Positions 29,148 through 36,967 of a stretch of 47,871 nucleotides of DNA are shown here, piece by piece. Position 1 is the stretch's first letter. Each line of letters opens with the position of its first letter. The position numbers were made by a program, and so were the translations under genes. Origin of the DNA: an uncultured Clostridia bacterium (GTDB taxonomy: Bacteria; Bacillota; Clostridia; Oscillospirales; Acutalibacteraceae); NCBI GenBank assembly GCA_946637545.1, contig CAMPBI010000001.1, forward strand, positions 1 to 47,871, given 5' to 3'. The notes beneath the pieces were generated by a model. The model did not search any database, had not been told where the DNA came from, and worked only from the letters and a program-made list of their open reading frames with translations.

Positions 29148-30500
29148 TCAGAATTTGATTACGCCGATTCCCTCAAGCACGCTTGATACGAGAATTGCAA
29201 AAATGAAAATCGGTGCAACCCATTTAACCATAGCAATATAAAAGTGCTTCATCTTAAATTCGCCGTTGAGTTCAACCTCGCTGATAATTGCGTCCGGCTT
29301 GATGACAAAGCCCACAAGAACGCAGGTGAGGAATCCGACAACCGGCAGAAGAACGCTGTTTGAAACAAAATCAAGGAAGTCGAGAATGGAGAAGCCGAAG
29401 ATTGAAACGCCGCTCCAGATACCAAAGCCGAGCGAACAAGCGATACCGACAACGATGCCGTAAATCAGAACGAGTGCAGTCGCCTTGCCCCTGCTCATTT
29501 TGAAAGCGTCGATGAGTCCCGAAACAATAGCCTCCATTATAGAAACCGAGCTTGTGATTGCTGCAAAAAGCACAAGCAAAAAGAAAAGTGTGCCGATGAT
29601 TCTGCCGCCGGGCATATCATTAAATACCTTTGGCAGAGTTACAAACATAAGCGACGGACCTTTGCCGAGCGCCTCTTTGTCGCCGCCCGAAAAAACAAAC
29701 ACTGCGGGCACAATCATAAGTCCTGCAAGGAACGCGATGAGAGTGTCAAAAATTTCAATCTGGCGCGTTGCTTTTTCGATATGCTCTTCCTTTGAAAAAT
29801 ACGAGCCGTAAGTAATCATAATACCCATTGCAAGCGACATAGAATAGAAAAGCTGACCGAGCGCCGCAAGGAAGGTTTTGACCGTGAGATTTTTGAGGTC
29901 GGGCATAAGGTAATACTTTACGCCGTCCATAGCGCCGGGACGCGTGATGACAAAAATCGAAAGACCGACTGTCAGCACAAGGAGCGCAGGCATAAGGATT
30001 TTGCTGAGCTTTTCGATACCCCTGTTAACGCCCGAGATAATTACAAGCGCAGTTGCTACAATAAAAATCATAAACCATACAAGCGGTGAAGCCGTTGAGC
30101 TTACATAATCACCGAAAAAGCTGTCGCTCGCCGCCTCTTTGACCTGACCTACAAGCATAACGCCGGCGTACTTTGTTACCCAGCCGCCGATAAGGCAGTA
30201 GTACGGGAAGATGAGAACGGGCACGATAGTTGCAAGCTTGCCGAGCCAGCCCCATTTTTTGTTAAGCTTGCCAAAAGCTTTGAGCGGGCTTAACTGTGTT
30301 TTTCTGCCTATTGCAATTTCGGTTACCATCAGCACAAAGCCAAAGGTTATTGCAAGAATGATGTAAACCAGCAAAAATGCTCCGCCGCCGTACTGTGCGG
30401 CAAGATAAGGAAATCGCCAGAGATTTCCGAGTCCGACTGCCGACCCTGCCGCTGCAAGGACGAAGCCGAGTTTTCCTGTGAATGTACTTCTGTTTTCCAT
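29148..30500 (-). CDS. Sodium-dependent transporter, NSS/SNF family
   Basis: Motifs AGSAVGLGNLWRFPY, GGGAF, GIEKLSK and GQLFYSMSL. Confidence 0.95.
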   Translation of the reverse strand: MENRSTFTGKLGFVLAAAGSAVGLGNLWRFPYLAAQYGGGAFLLVYIILAITFGFVLMVTEIAIGRKTQLSPLKAFGKLNKKWGWLGKLATIVPVLIFPYYCLIGGWVTKYAGVMLVGQVKEAASDSFFGDYVSSTASPLVWFMIFIVATALVIISGVNRGIEKLSKILMPALLVLTVGLSIFVITRPGAMDGVKYYLMPDLKNLTVKTFLAALGQLFYSMSLAMGIMITYGSYFSKEEHIEKATRQIEIFDTLIAFLAGLMIVPAVFVFSGGDKEALGKGPSLMFVTLPKVFNDMPGGRIIGTLFFLLVLFAAITSSVSIMEAIVSGLIDAFKMSRGKATALVLIYGIVVGIACSLGFGIWSGVSIFGFSILDFLDFVSNSVLLPVVGFLTCVLVGFVIKPDAIISEVELNGEFKMKHFYIAMVKWVAPIFIFAILVSSVLEGIGVIKF

Positions 30501-30606
30501 ATTCCCTCCAAAAACTAAATAATACAGAGAACATATTATAATAAATAGTTATTAAAATAAAGTGATTTTTTTATTTTTTATACTAAATCTTTAAATTATA
30601 CAGTTA

Positions 30607-31428
30607 TTAAGCTTGCTGATATGCTGTTGTGTCAAGGACATCGTGAAAAATGTCAAAATTATTTTTTCCGTCCGGCTTAATCGCAAACACAACCGTTCTG
30701 AAGCAGTGACAGTAGCCCTCTTTGACGAGAAGGCGACGAAATACGTCGGACACAAGCTCGGGCGGATTATTGAACGCGCCGCAGCCAAAGGCTCCGAGCA
30801 CAAGGACATCAACGTCGTTTCCGATTGCAACCTCAAGAATATTTTTAATTCTGCTATAAAAAATCGTGTCGTACTGTGCATAGTTATACGTGCCGGCAGT
30901 ACGGTTAAAATACGGCGCAGCGCAGGTGATAACGTCAACATCAAACGCCTTTTCAATCGGTATCGGAATGGCGTCATCCGACTTGAAAACCCTGACTCCC
31001 TTTGAATACACAACCGAATCGGTTCCAAACGGACCTCTGCTGCGGCTGTTGCGCTTGTAGTAGTTAGTCAGCACATATTGGCAGGTGAGCGCCGCATAAA
31101 GATTACTGCTGCGGCACAGGCATTCCTCCTGCGCCATTGCTCCCTGCTCCACTCCGCCTCCGGGGTGGTAGGCGTTTGCAAAATTAAGCACCGCTACCCT
31201 TTCGCCGTTGCCGACATACTTTGACGCGCAGGAAAAGGTAGTGTCCTGCGTAACGGAAATAATAGTTCTGTGGCGTTTCAGCGGCTTGTTGATTATTGAG
31301 TAATTTTCAAAATACACCTGCGTTGAATCAACCATATTCTGCGTTAAGCGGATAAGGTCGGCGTACTTGGTAAACGACTTTACGGTGTCGTGAAAAACCT
31401 CTATAAGCCTGTCATCTGTTGTGTTCAT
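30607..31428 (-). CDS. Bacterial PARG-type macrodomain (TIGR02452/DUF2263-like ADP-ribose glycohydrolase)
   Basis: LNFANA, the PARG catalytic loop GGG-x7-QEE (GGGVEQGAMAQEECLCRSSNL), and the second loop GAFGCGAFNNPP. Confidence 0.88.
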   Translation of the reverse strand: MNTTDDRLIEVFHDTVKSFTKYADLIRLTQNMVDSTQVYFENYSIINKPLKRHRTIISVTQDTTFSCASKYVGNGERVAVLNFANAYHPGGGVEQGAMAQEECLCRSSNLYAALTCQYVLTNYYKRNSRSRGPFGTDSVVYSKGVRVFKSDDAIPIPIEKAFDVDVITCAAPYFNRTAGTYNYAQYDTIFYSRIKNILEVAIGNDVDVLVLGAFGCGAFNNPPELVSDVFRRLLVKEGYCHCFRTVVFAIKPDGKNNFDIFHDVLDTTAYQQA

Positions 31429-31438
31429 AGCTTTTCCT

Positions 31439-34027
31439 CTAATTAATCTGTTCTATGATGCTTTTGATTTCGTCCTCTGCCTGCTTTACCTCGTCATAAA
31501 AAGCTCTTGATGACACACGCAGCGCTCCGTTGCCGAGAATAATCAGCTGCTCGAGAGCGTCAGACGTAACAACGCGCACCTTGTGGCGCTTTTTTGCAAG
31601 CGAGTGCGAAACCTTTTCAATATACATATCAGCCGTTTCCGCCTCTTTGGTGTAAACGACGTTGATATTTTCAATCTTTTCAACCTCGCGCGTGTTGCCC
31701 TTTACTTTATAGGCGTCGAACACGAGAATGACCTCGCACCTTTTGTAGCCCTGATAGTTGCAAAGCACGTTAATCAGCGCATTTCGCGCGCCGTCGATAC
31801 TGCTTTCGGACAGAGCGCGAAGGCTGTCCCACGAAAAAATCACGTTGTACCCGTCAACAAGCAGATACTCCTCGCCCTCATACTTTGGCGCCGCCTTGCG
31901 ATGCGGCTCGCTTTTTGGTTTATTTTCCGCGGCGGTAACAGGCGCGCTGTCAAACGCCGTTCTGCGTTTTACAGGACCGTAGGTCTGCTCGAAAATCTGC
32001 ATCAGCTCTTTGTCAAAAGCAAAAATATCCTTTTGAGTTTTGAAGCTGTCAAGGTACTGCTGACGGCTGACCGATTCAGTAGGGCGCGCTCTGTTTGAAA
32101 GGGCGCTTGGCAGGTGCATATGACTTTTGACCTCGTCCCATTTAACGTTATAGCCTGCGCCGTGCGAGCAGAAAACAGAATCTGCCGTATTCTGAACATC
32201 ACTGTCGGCATCGTAGGCAAATTCAGCGATAACCTCATCGGCGTTATGGCACGGCTCATAGCCCTTTAAATTGCAGGAAAGCTTGCCTCTGCCGTGGGTG
32301 TACTGCACAAGCTCGCGGTTATAGTCGCACATTTCGGACACGGGTGCAGTGCCGCTGATTACGGCAAATTCACCTTCAGTCTGCGGAGCGTCAAAGCTTC
32401 CGGACATACGCTGAATATCCGCCATAGCCCTGCCGACGTTTTCAGCAGGCACCTCGAGTGTAAATTCATAAACGGGCTCAAGCAAAACACTTTTTGCACT
32501 GCGCAGCCCCTGCCGCACAGCACGGTAAGTAGCCTGGCGGAAGTCGCCGCCCTCGGTGTGCTTGGGGTGCGCTCTGCCCGAAGCGAGCACGATTTCCATA
32601 TCTGTAACCGGCGAGCCTGTCAACACTCCGACGTGCGTTTTTTCATAAAGATGGGTGAGGATTAATCGCTGCCAATTCTTATCGAGCAAATCCTCCTTGC
32701 ACTCCGACTTAAACACCAGTCCGCTGTCGCGCGGCGCAGGGCGTAAAATCAAATGCACCTCGGCATAGTGCCGAAGAGGCTCAAAATGTCCGACTCCCTC
32801 AACAGTGTCGTCAATAGTTTCTTTATAAATTATATTTCCCCTGCCGAATCCAACCTCAAAGCCAAAGCGCTGACTGATTAGTGATTTGAGCACCTCAAGC
32901 TGAATTTCGCCCATAAGCTGAACCTGTATTTCGCCGAGCTGCTCGTTCCATACAACCTTAAGCTGTGGGTCCTCCGCCTCGAGAATTTTCATTTTTTGAA
33001 GCGCGGTGTGAGTGTCTACTCCGTCGGGCAAATCAAGTCGGTAGGTTAGCACAGGCTCAAGAACGGGCAGCGCCGAATCTGCCTCTGCGCCAAGTCCGTC
33101 GCCGCTATTTGCAAATGTTATGCCGGTAACGGCGCAGACTGTTCCCGCTGACGCCTCGTCAAGCGAGGTGAACCTGTCGCCTGAATAAACGCGAATCTGA
33201 TTAATCTTTTCACCCTCGGTGTTGCCGTCGCTTTTAAGCACCTCTTTAACCCTGATGCTGCCGCCCGTAATTTTCATAAAGGTGAGGCGGTTTTTCTGAT
33301 TATCCTCGGAAATTTTGTACACCTTCGCGGCGAACTCCGACGGATAATCGGGCATTTCGCTGTAAGTATAAAGGCAGTTCATAAACTCGTCGACGCCGTC
33401 GACCTTAAGCGCCGAGCCAAACATACACGGAAACACCCTGCGGTGTTTTATCGCGTTAATAATATCGCTTTTTGCGAGCGTTTCCGTGTTGTAAAACTTA
33501 TCAAGAAGGCTGTCGTCGCAAAGCGCAATATTTTCAAAAAAATCTGCGTCACTGTCGTTTGTAAAATCGACACAACCGTCGCCGAAACGCGACTTAAGCT
33601 GCGAAATTACCGACTCGCGCTCCGCACCGTCAAGGTCCATTTTGTTAATAAAAATAAAGCACGGCACGCTGTATTTTTGCAGCAGCTTCCACAGGGTAAG
33701 AGTGTGGCTCTGAACGCCCTCTGTGCCGCTTACAACGAGTATTGCATAGTCGAGCACCTGCAGGGTACGCTCCGTTTCGGCAGAAAAATCGACGTGCCCG
33801 GGAGTGTCAAGCAGAGTGAACTCCGTGTCGCCGACGGTCATAACCGCCTGCTTTGAAAAAATTGTAATTCCCCTGTCGCGCTCGAGAAAATTTGTGTCAA
33901 GAAAGGAATCGCGGTGGTCGACTCTGCCAAGCTTGCTGATGGCGCCCGCGCGGTAAAGCATCGCCTCGGACAGAGTTGTTTTGCCCGAGTCAACATGCGC
34001 TAAAATGCCCACTGCAATTTTGTTCAT
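31439..34027 (-). CDS. EF-G/TetM-like translational GTPase fused to a C-terminal NYN (YacP/Rae1) ribonuclease domain
   Basis: G1-G5 motifs AHVDSGKTT, RGITI, DTPGH, NKMD and GSAL. EF-G domain III-V motifs (EDP, MGEIQLE, LLEP). C-terminal LVDGYN, VFDAY, ETAD and VTSD of YacP. Confidence 0.9.
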   Translation of the reverse strand: MNKIAVGILAHVDSGKTTLSEAMLYRAGAISKLGRVDHRDSFLDTNFLERDRGITIFSKQAVMTVGDTEFTLLDTPGHVDFSAETERTLQVLDYAILVVSGTEGVQSHTLTLWKLLQKYSVPCFIFINKMDLDGAERESVISQLKSRFGDGCVDFTNDSDADFFENIALCDDSLLDKFYNTETLAKSDIINAIKHRRVFPCMFGSALKVDGVDEFMNCLYTYSEMPDYPSEFAAKVYKISEDNQKNRLTFMKITGGSIRVKEVLKSDGNTEGEKINQIRVYSGDRFTSLDEASAGTVCAVTGITFANSGDGLGAEADSALPVLEPVLTYRLDLPDGVDTHTALQKMKILEAEDPQLKVVWNEQLGEIQVQLMGEIQLEVLKSLISQRFGFEVGFGRGNIIYKETIDDTVEGVGHFEPLRHYAEVHLILRPAPRDSGLVFKSECKEDLLDKNWQRLILTHLYEKTHVGVLTGSPVTDMEIVLASGRAHPKHTEGGDFRQATYRAVRQGLRSAKSVLLEPVYEFTLEVPAENVGRAMADIQRMSGSFDAPQTEGEFAVISGTAPVSEMCDYNRELVQYTHGRGKLSCNLKGYEPCHNADEVIAEFAYDADSDVQNTADSVFCSHGAGYNVKWDEVKSHMHLPSALSNRARPTESVSRQQYLDSFKTQKDIFAFDKELMQIFEQTYGPVKRRTAFDSAPVTAAENKPKSEPHRKAAPKYEGEEYLLVDGYNVIFSWDSLRALSESSIDGARNALINVLCNYQGYKRCEVILVFDAYKVKGNTREVEKIENINVVYTKEAETADMYIEKVSHSLAKKRHKVRVVTSDALEQLIILGNGALRVSSRAFYDEVKQAEDEIKSIIEQIN

Positions 34028-34044
34028 AGTCTCACCGCCTTTTC

Positions 34045-35886
34045 TTATTTTTTGAGCAAATACGCTCTGCCGCGGAAATCGCCGTCAAGGGCGCTTCCGA
34101 ATTCTTCAATAACCGTGTAGCCGCCGAGCAAAGCGTCGACAGGCGGATTTGCACCGCCCTCAAAGGTGTGAACAACAAGCAGAGCTTCGTTGTCGCACTC
34201 GCGCAGCACCGCCTGAAAACCGCGCGGCGCGGAATAATCGGTTACATCAGTGTCAATTAAAGTTGTTTTGCCGTTTTTGATAATATGCTTTATCCTGCCG
34301 TAGAACTTAATTCCGTCGAGCGCCGCCTGCCACTGCTCATCGGTGAGGTCAAATATCTCGCCCGAAAGGCAGAGCCTGCCAAGGAATGACGCTGTCAGCA
34401 GGTAATTTATTCTGTGAAGGTCCGCACCCTTTCGCAGTACCGCCCAAATCTGACTTTGCTGCGGGCGTATAAGTCGGTGCAGGTTTGCCGCAATCAGCGG
34501 AATTGACGCGCACTCGTGAGCGTCGGAAAAGCTTGCCTGCGACGCAAGCTCCATAAACGACGGCTCCAGCCTGTGTCCGCCGCTTGAGCAGTTTTCAATA
34601 ACGAGGTCGGGCATTTCCTCTGTCATATGCCTGAAGTATTCACGGCTAGCCTCAACACACTGCCGCAGCCCTTCGCCGAGGCTCTCTGCACCGTCGGCGC
34701 CTGCTCCGATATTTTCGTTGTAGTCAATTTTTATGTAGCCAAAGCCTGCGCCTTTTAAAAGACCGATAACACGCTCGTCGAGGAAGGCTTTCACCTTTTT
34801 ACTGCGCATATCGAAAAAGCGCCTGCCGCCGACTGTTGCCGGCACGCCGTCACGCGTGACGAGCAGCTCGGTATTATTATAATTCTCTGCATCCTTGCCG
34901 AGACACTCAAATTCAAACCACAAGCCGGGAATCATTCCATGCGATTTAATGATGTCGGCAACCTCTTTTATGCCGTTTGGAAAGAGCGTTTTGCTCGGGA
35001 GCCAGTCGCCTGTTTTAGAAAACCAGTCGCCCTCGCCGGGATTTTTGTACCATCCGCTGTCAATCACAAGATAGCGCACGCCCGAGCCGTCAAGGCGCTC
35101 GGCAGTGCGGCGGATATTGTCAACCGTGGGATTGCCCCAGGTTGTGCAGTATTCGTTAAAAACGACGGGCAAATCCCTGTCGCACCCGGCAATTCTCGGA
35201 CTTTGCGCCCTGACGAGCTTGTTGCAAACATCAAGGAGCGACTCGCCTTCTGCGATAACGGCTTTGGGCGTTTCAAAGCAGTCGCCGGAGCCGACTGTTT
35301 TTGTCCACTGACCGAAGTCACGGTCAGCAAGTCCGCCCTGCACCGTAACAGTGCCGTCCTTTTCGAGAATTTCAATCTGCCAGCTTGAGCCGCAGTAAAG
35401 CTGAACGCCCACAAAGCAACCGTTTTCGCTGTCCTCAAGGACTAAAAACGGGAACCATTTGCGAACGGGCATTGAGCCTATCTGCCCGAATTTTTCGATT
35501 CTGACTCCGTGCTTTGCCCACGACGGCTCAAGGTTGAGTTCGGTCATATTCTGCGAGAGAAGCTTGCCCTCGGCGCTCCAGAACGATGTGGCGCGGTGGA
35601 TTCTGTCCGCCTTCAAGCCCCTGATTGCAAAGCTTGAAAGTAACTCGAGCGTAACAGGTGAATCGGTCATATTTTTAAAGCCCGACCTGCACACCGTCAC
35701 CTCGCCGAGCTTTTCGTGGTATGCGGTAAGGCACTCTTTGCCGTCGATACTAAAAACCGTTTTGTCGCGGCCTTGCTCTGCAACGGTCATCTTCTGCACG
35801 GTTTCGCTGCCTGCAAGGGAAAAACCGTTTGTGAAGCCTCCGCCGTATTCATCGCCGAAGCGGCGTATTTCCGAATAAAATTCCAT
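34045..35886 (-). CDS. Alpha-galactosidase-like glycoside hydrolase, GH36
   Basis: Motifs VIDSGW, GDW, FPNG, GLWFEFE, YIKIDYN (nucleophile), IENCSSGGHR and SD (acid/base). The start could alternatively be GTG 35892. Confidence 0.88.
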   Translation of the reverse strand: MEFYSEIRRFGDEYGGGFTNGFSLAGSETVQKMTVAEQGRDKTVFSIDGKECLTAYHEKLGEVTVCRSGFKNMTDSPVTLELLSSFAIRGLKADRIHRATSFWSAEGKLLSQNMTELNLEPSWAKHGVRIEKFGQIGSMPVRKWFPFLVLEDSENGCFVGVQLYCGSSWQIEILEKDGTVTVQGGLADRDFGQWTKTVGSGDCFETPKAVIAEGESLLDVCNKLVRAQSPRIAGCDRDLPVVFNEYCTTWGNPTVDNIRRTAERLDGSGVRYLVIDSGWYKNPGEGDWFSKTGDWLPSKTLFPNGIKEVADIIKSHGMIPGLWFEFECLGKDAENYNNTELLVTRDGVPATVGGRRFFDMRSKKVKAFLDERVIGLLKGAGFGYIKIDYNENIGAGADGAESLGEGLRQCVEASREYFRHMTEEMPDLVIENCSSGGHRLEPSFMELASQASFSDAHECASIPLIAANLHRLIRPQQSQIWAVLRKGADLHRINYLLTASFLGRLCLSGEIFDLTDEQWQAALDGIKFYGRIKHIIKNGKTTLIDTDVTDYSAPRGFQAVLRECDNEALLVVHTFEGGANPPVDALLGGYTVIEEFGSALDGDFRGRAYLLKK

Positions 35887-35888
35887 AA

Positions 35889-36566
35889 TCACTCCGTCAA
35901 AAAATCCAAAACAGCCCTGTTGAACTCACGAGGGTTAACACGCAAGGCGGCGTGATTGCCCCTGATGATTTTAAGCTCTGAATTTGGTATGCTTTTTGCA
36001 ATCGCCTTTGTGTGACTTGCTTTAATAAGGTCGCGGTTGCCGGCAATTACAAGGGTTGGCGCCGTAATTTCGGCAAGGTCCTTTTCGTCAATTCCAAGGT
36101 CGTCCAGCATCAAATCGAGAAGCTCAATCTTGCGGACATCACCCTTTTTAGTTGCCGCAAAGCGCATGAGTCTGCACGGCAGAAGAAAGTATTTTTTAAG
36201 TCCGCTTACTGCAAAATTGCCGCTGTTAAGTATAAGCTTATCGACCCTTTCGGGATATTTGACGGCAAACACCATTGCGATATTTGCGCCGTCGGAAAAG
36301 CCGAGAATATGCGCCCTGTCTATCCCTTCGCTGTCCATAAAGCCGCACAAATCATCGGCGAACTGCGAAATGGTAAACGGTTGGCTGCCGCGCGGCGTGT
36401 CGCCGTGGCCGCGTGTGTCGACGGCATAAACCGTGAAATGCGAACCGAAAGCGTCACGCTGTTTGCTGAAAACGCTGTGGTCCTCGCCATTTCCGTGAAG
36501 GAGAATAAGGGCGTCACCGCTGCCGTATTTTTCATAGTTCAGATTGATATCCATTTGTATCACCAT
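35889..36566 (-). CDS. Alpha/beta hydrolase
   Basis: Motifs LHGNGE, DTRGHG, GFSDG, GNRD and GNH. The start could be ATG 36554 (GGTGA RBS). Confidence 0.88.
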   Translation of the reverse strand: MVIQMDINLNYEKYGSGDALILLHGNGEDHSVFSKQRDAFGSHFTVYAVDTRGHGDTPRGSQPFTISQFADDLCGFMDSEGIDRAHILGFSDGANIAMVFAVKYPERVDKLILNSGNFAVSGLKKYFLLPCRLMRFAATKKGDVRKIELLDLMLDDLGIDEKDLAEITAPTLVIAGNRDLIKASHTKAIAKSIPNSELKIIRGNHAALRVNPREFNRAVLDFLTE

Positions 36567-36571
36567 TTTGA

Positions 36572-36600
36572 ATTATATAATATAATTAATATAAAAGCAA
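36572..36600 (-). promoter_or_regulatory. Sigma-A promoter for the hydrolase-GH36-GTPase/NYN-PARG operon
   Basis: On the minus strand: TTGCTT (36600-36595), 17 bp, TATAAT (36577-36572). Confidence 0.6.
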
Positions 36601-36601
36601 G

Positions 36602-36632
36602 AAAAAACAACCGAGATATGACTCGGTTGTTT
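36602..36632 (-). terminator. Intrinsic terminator after the small peptide gene
   Basis: AAACAACCGAG-atatga-CTCGGTTGTTT; the A-run 36602-36607 gives a U-tract on the minus strand. Confidence 0.8.
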
Positions 36633-36683
36633 GTCGTTATATTATTATATCCTGCACATTTCAGGAATGTCAAAGTCTGTCAG

Positions 36684-36845
36684 TCAGACTTCAATAAAGA
36701 AATCCACACTGCCGAGCTTGCTCATTGCTATATAAGCGTTGTCCCTTTCGGAAACAGGCGGAGTAACAGTTTCTCCTGAAGTACAAATAACATCAGGTGA
36801 ATTAACCTTGACAATATTAAATTCAGGTTCAAAATAATTCTGCAA
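36684..36845 (-). CDS. Small 53-aa protein with an N-terminal Y-x-x-P-x-hydrophobic...DVI-x-TSG motif
   Basis: TTG start at 36845 with GGAGGA 6 nt upstream. Sequence MQNYFEPEFNIVKVNSPDVICTSGETVTPPVSERDNAYIAMSKLGSVDFFIEV. Has its own promoter and terminator. Confidence 0.75.
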   Translation of the reverse strand: MQNYFEPEFNIVKVNSPDVICTSGETVTPPVSERDNAYIAMSKLGSVDFFIEV

Positions 36846-36904
36846 GGCTAATCCTCCCCTCGTTTCAGCTTGCTGCTGATTATTTGTACACATATACAAA
36901 TTAC

Positions 36905-36933
36905 ATTATAGCAGAGTTTAAAGTATGTGTCAA
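36905..36933 (-). promoter_or_regulatory. Perfect sigma-A promoter with extended -10 for the small peptide gene
   Basis: On the minus strand: TTGACA-catactttaaactctgc(17)-TATAAT, with TGn before the -10. Confidence 0.85.
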
Positions 36934-36967
36934 CACTTTTCAATGAATAACTGCGAACTTATAACGG

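Noticed and set aside
30501-30606. Riboswitch or sRNA upstream of the NSS transporter
   Set aside because: About 100 nt and extremely AT-rich with no stable structure; it looks like plain promoter or spacer DNA.
31439-34027. Tetracycline resistance gene (tetM/tetW/tetO)
   Set aside because: It lacks the YSPVST domain IV loop, carries an extra NYN domain, and has no mobile context.
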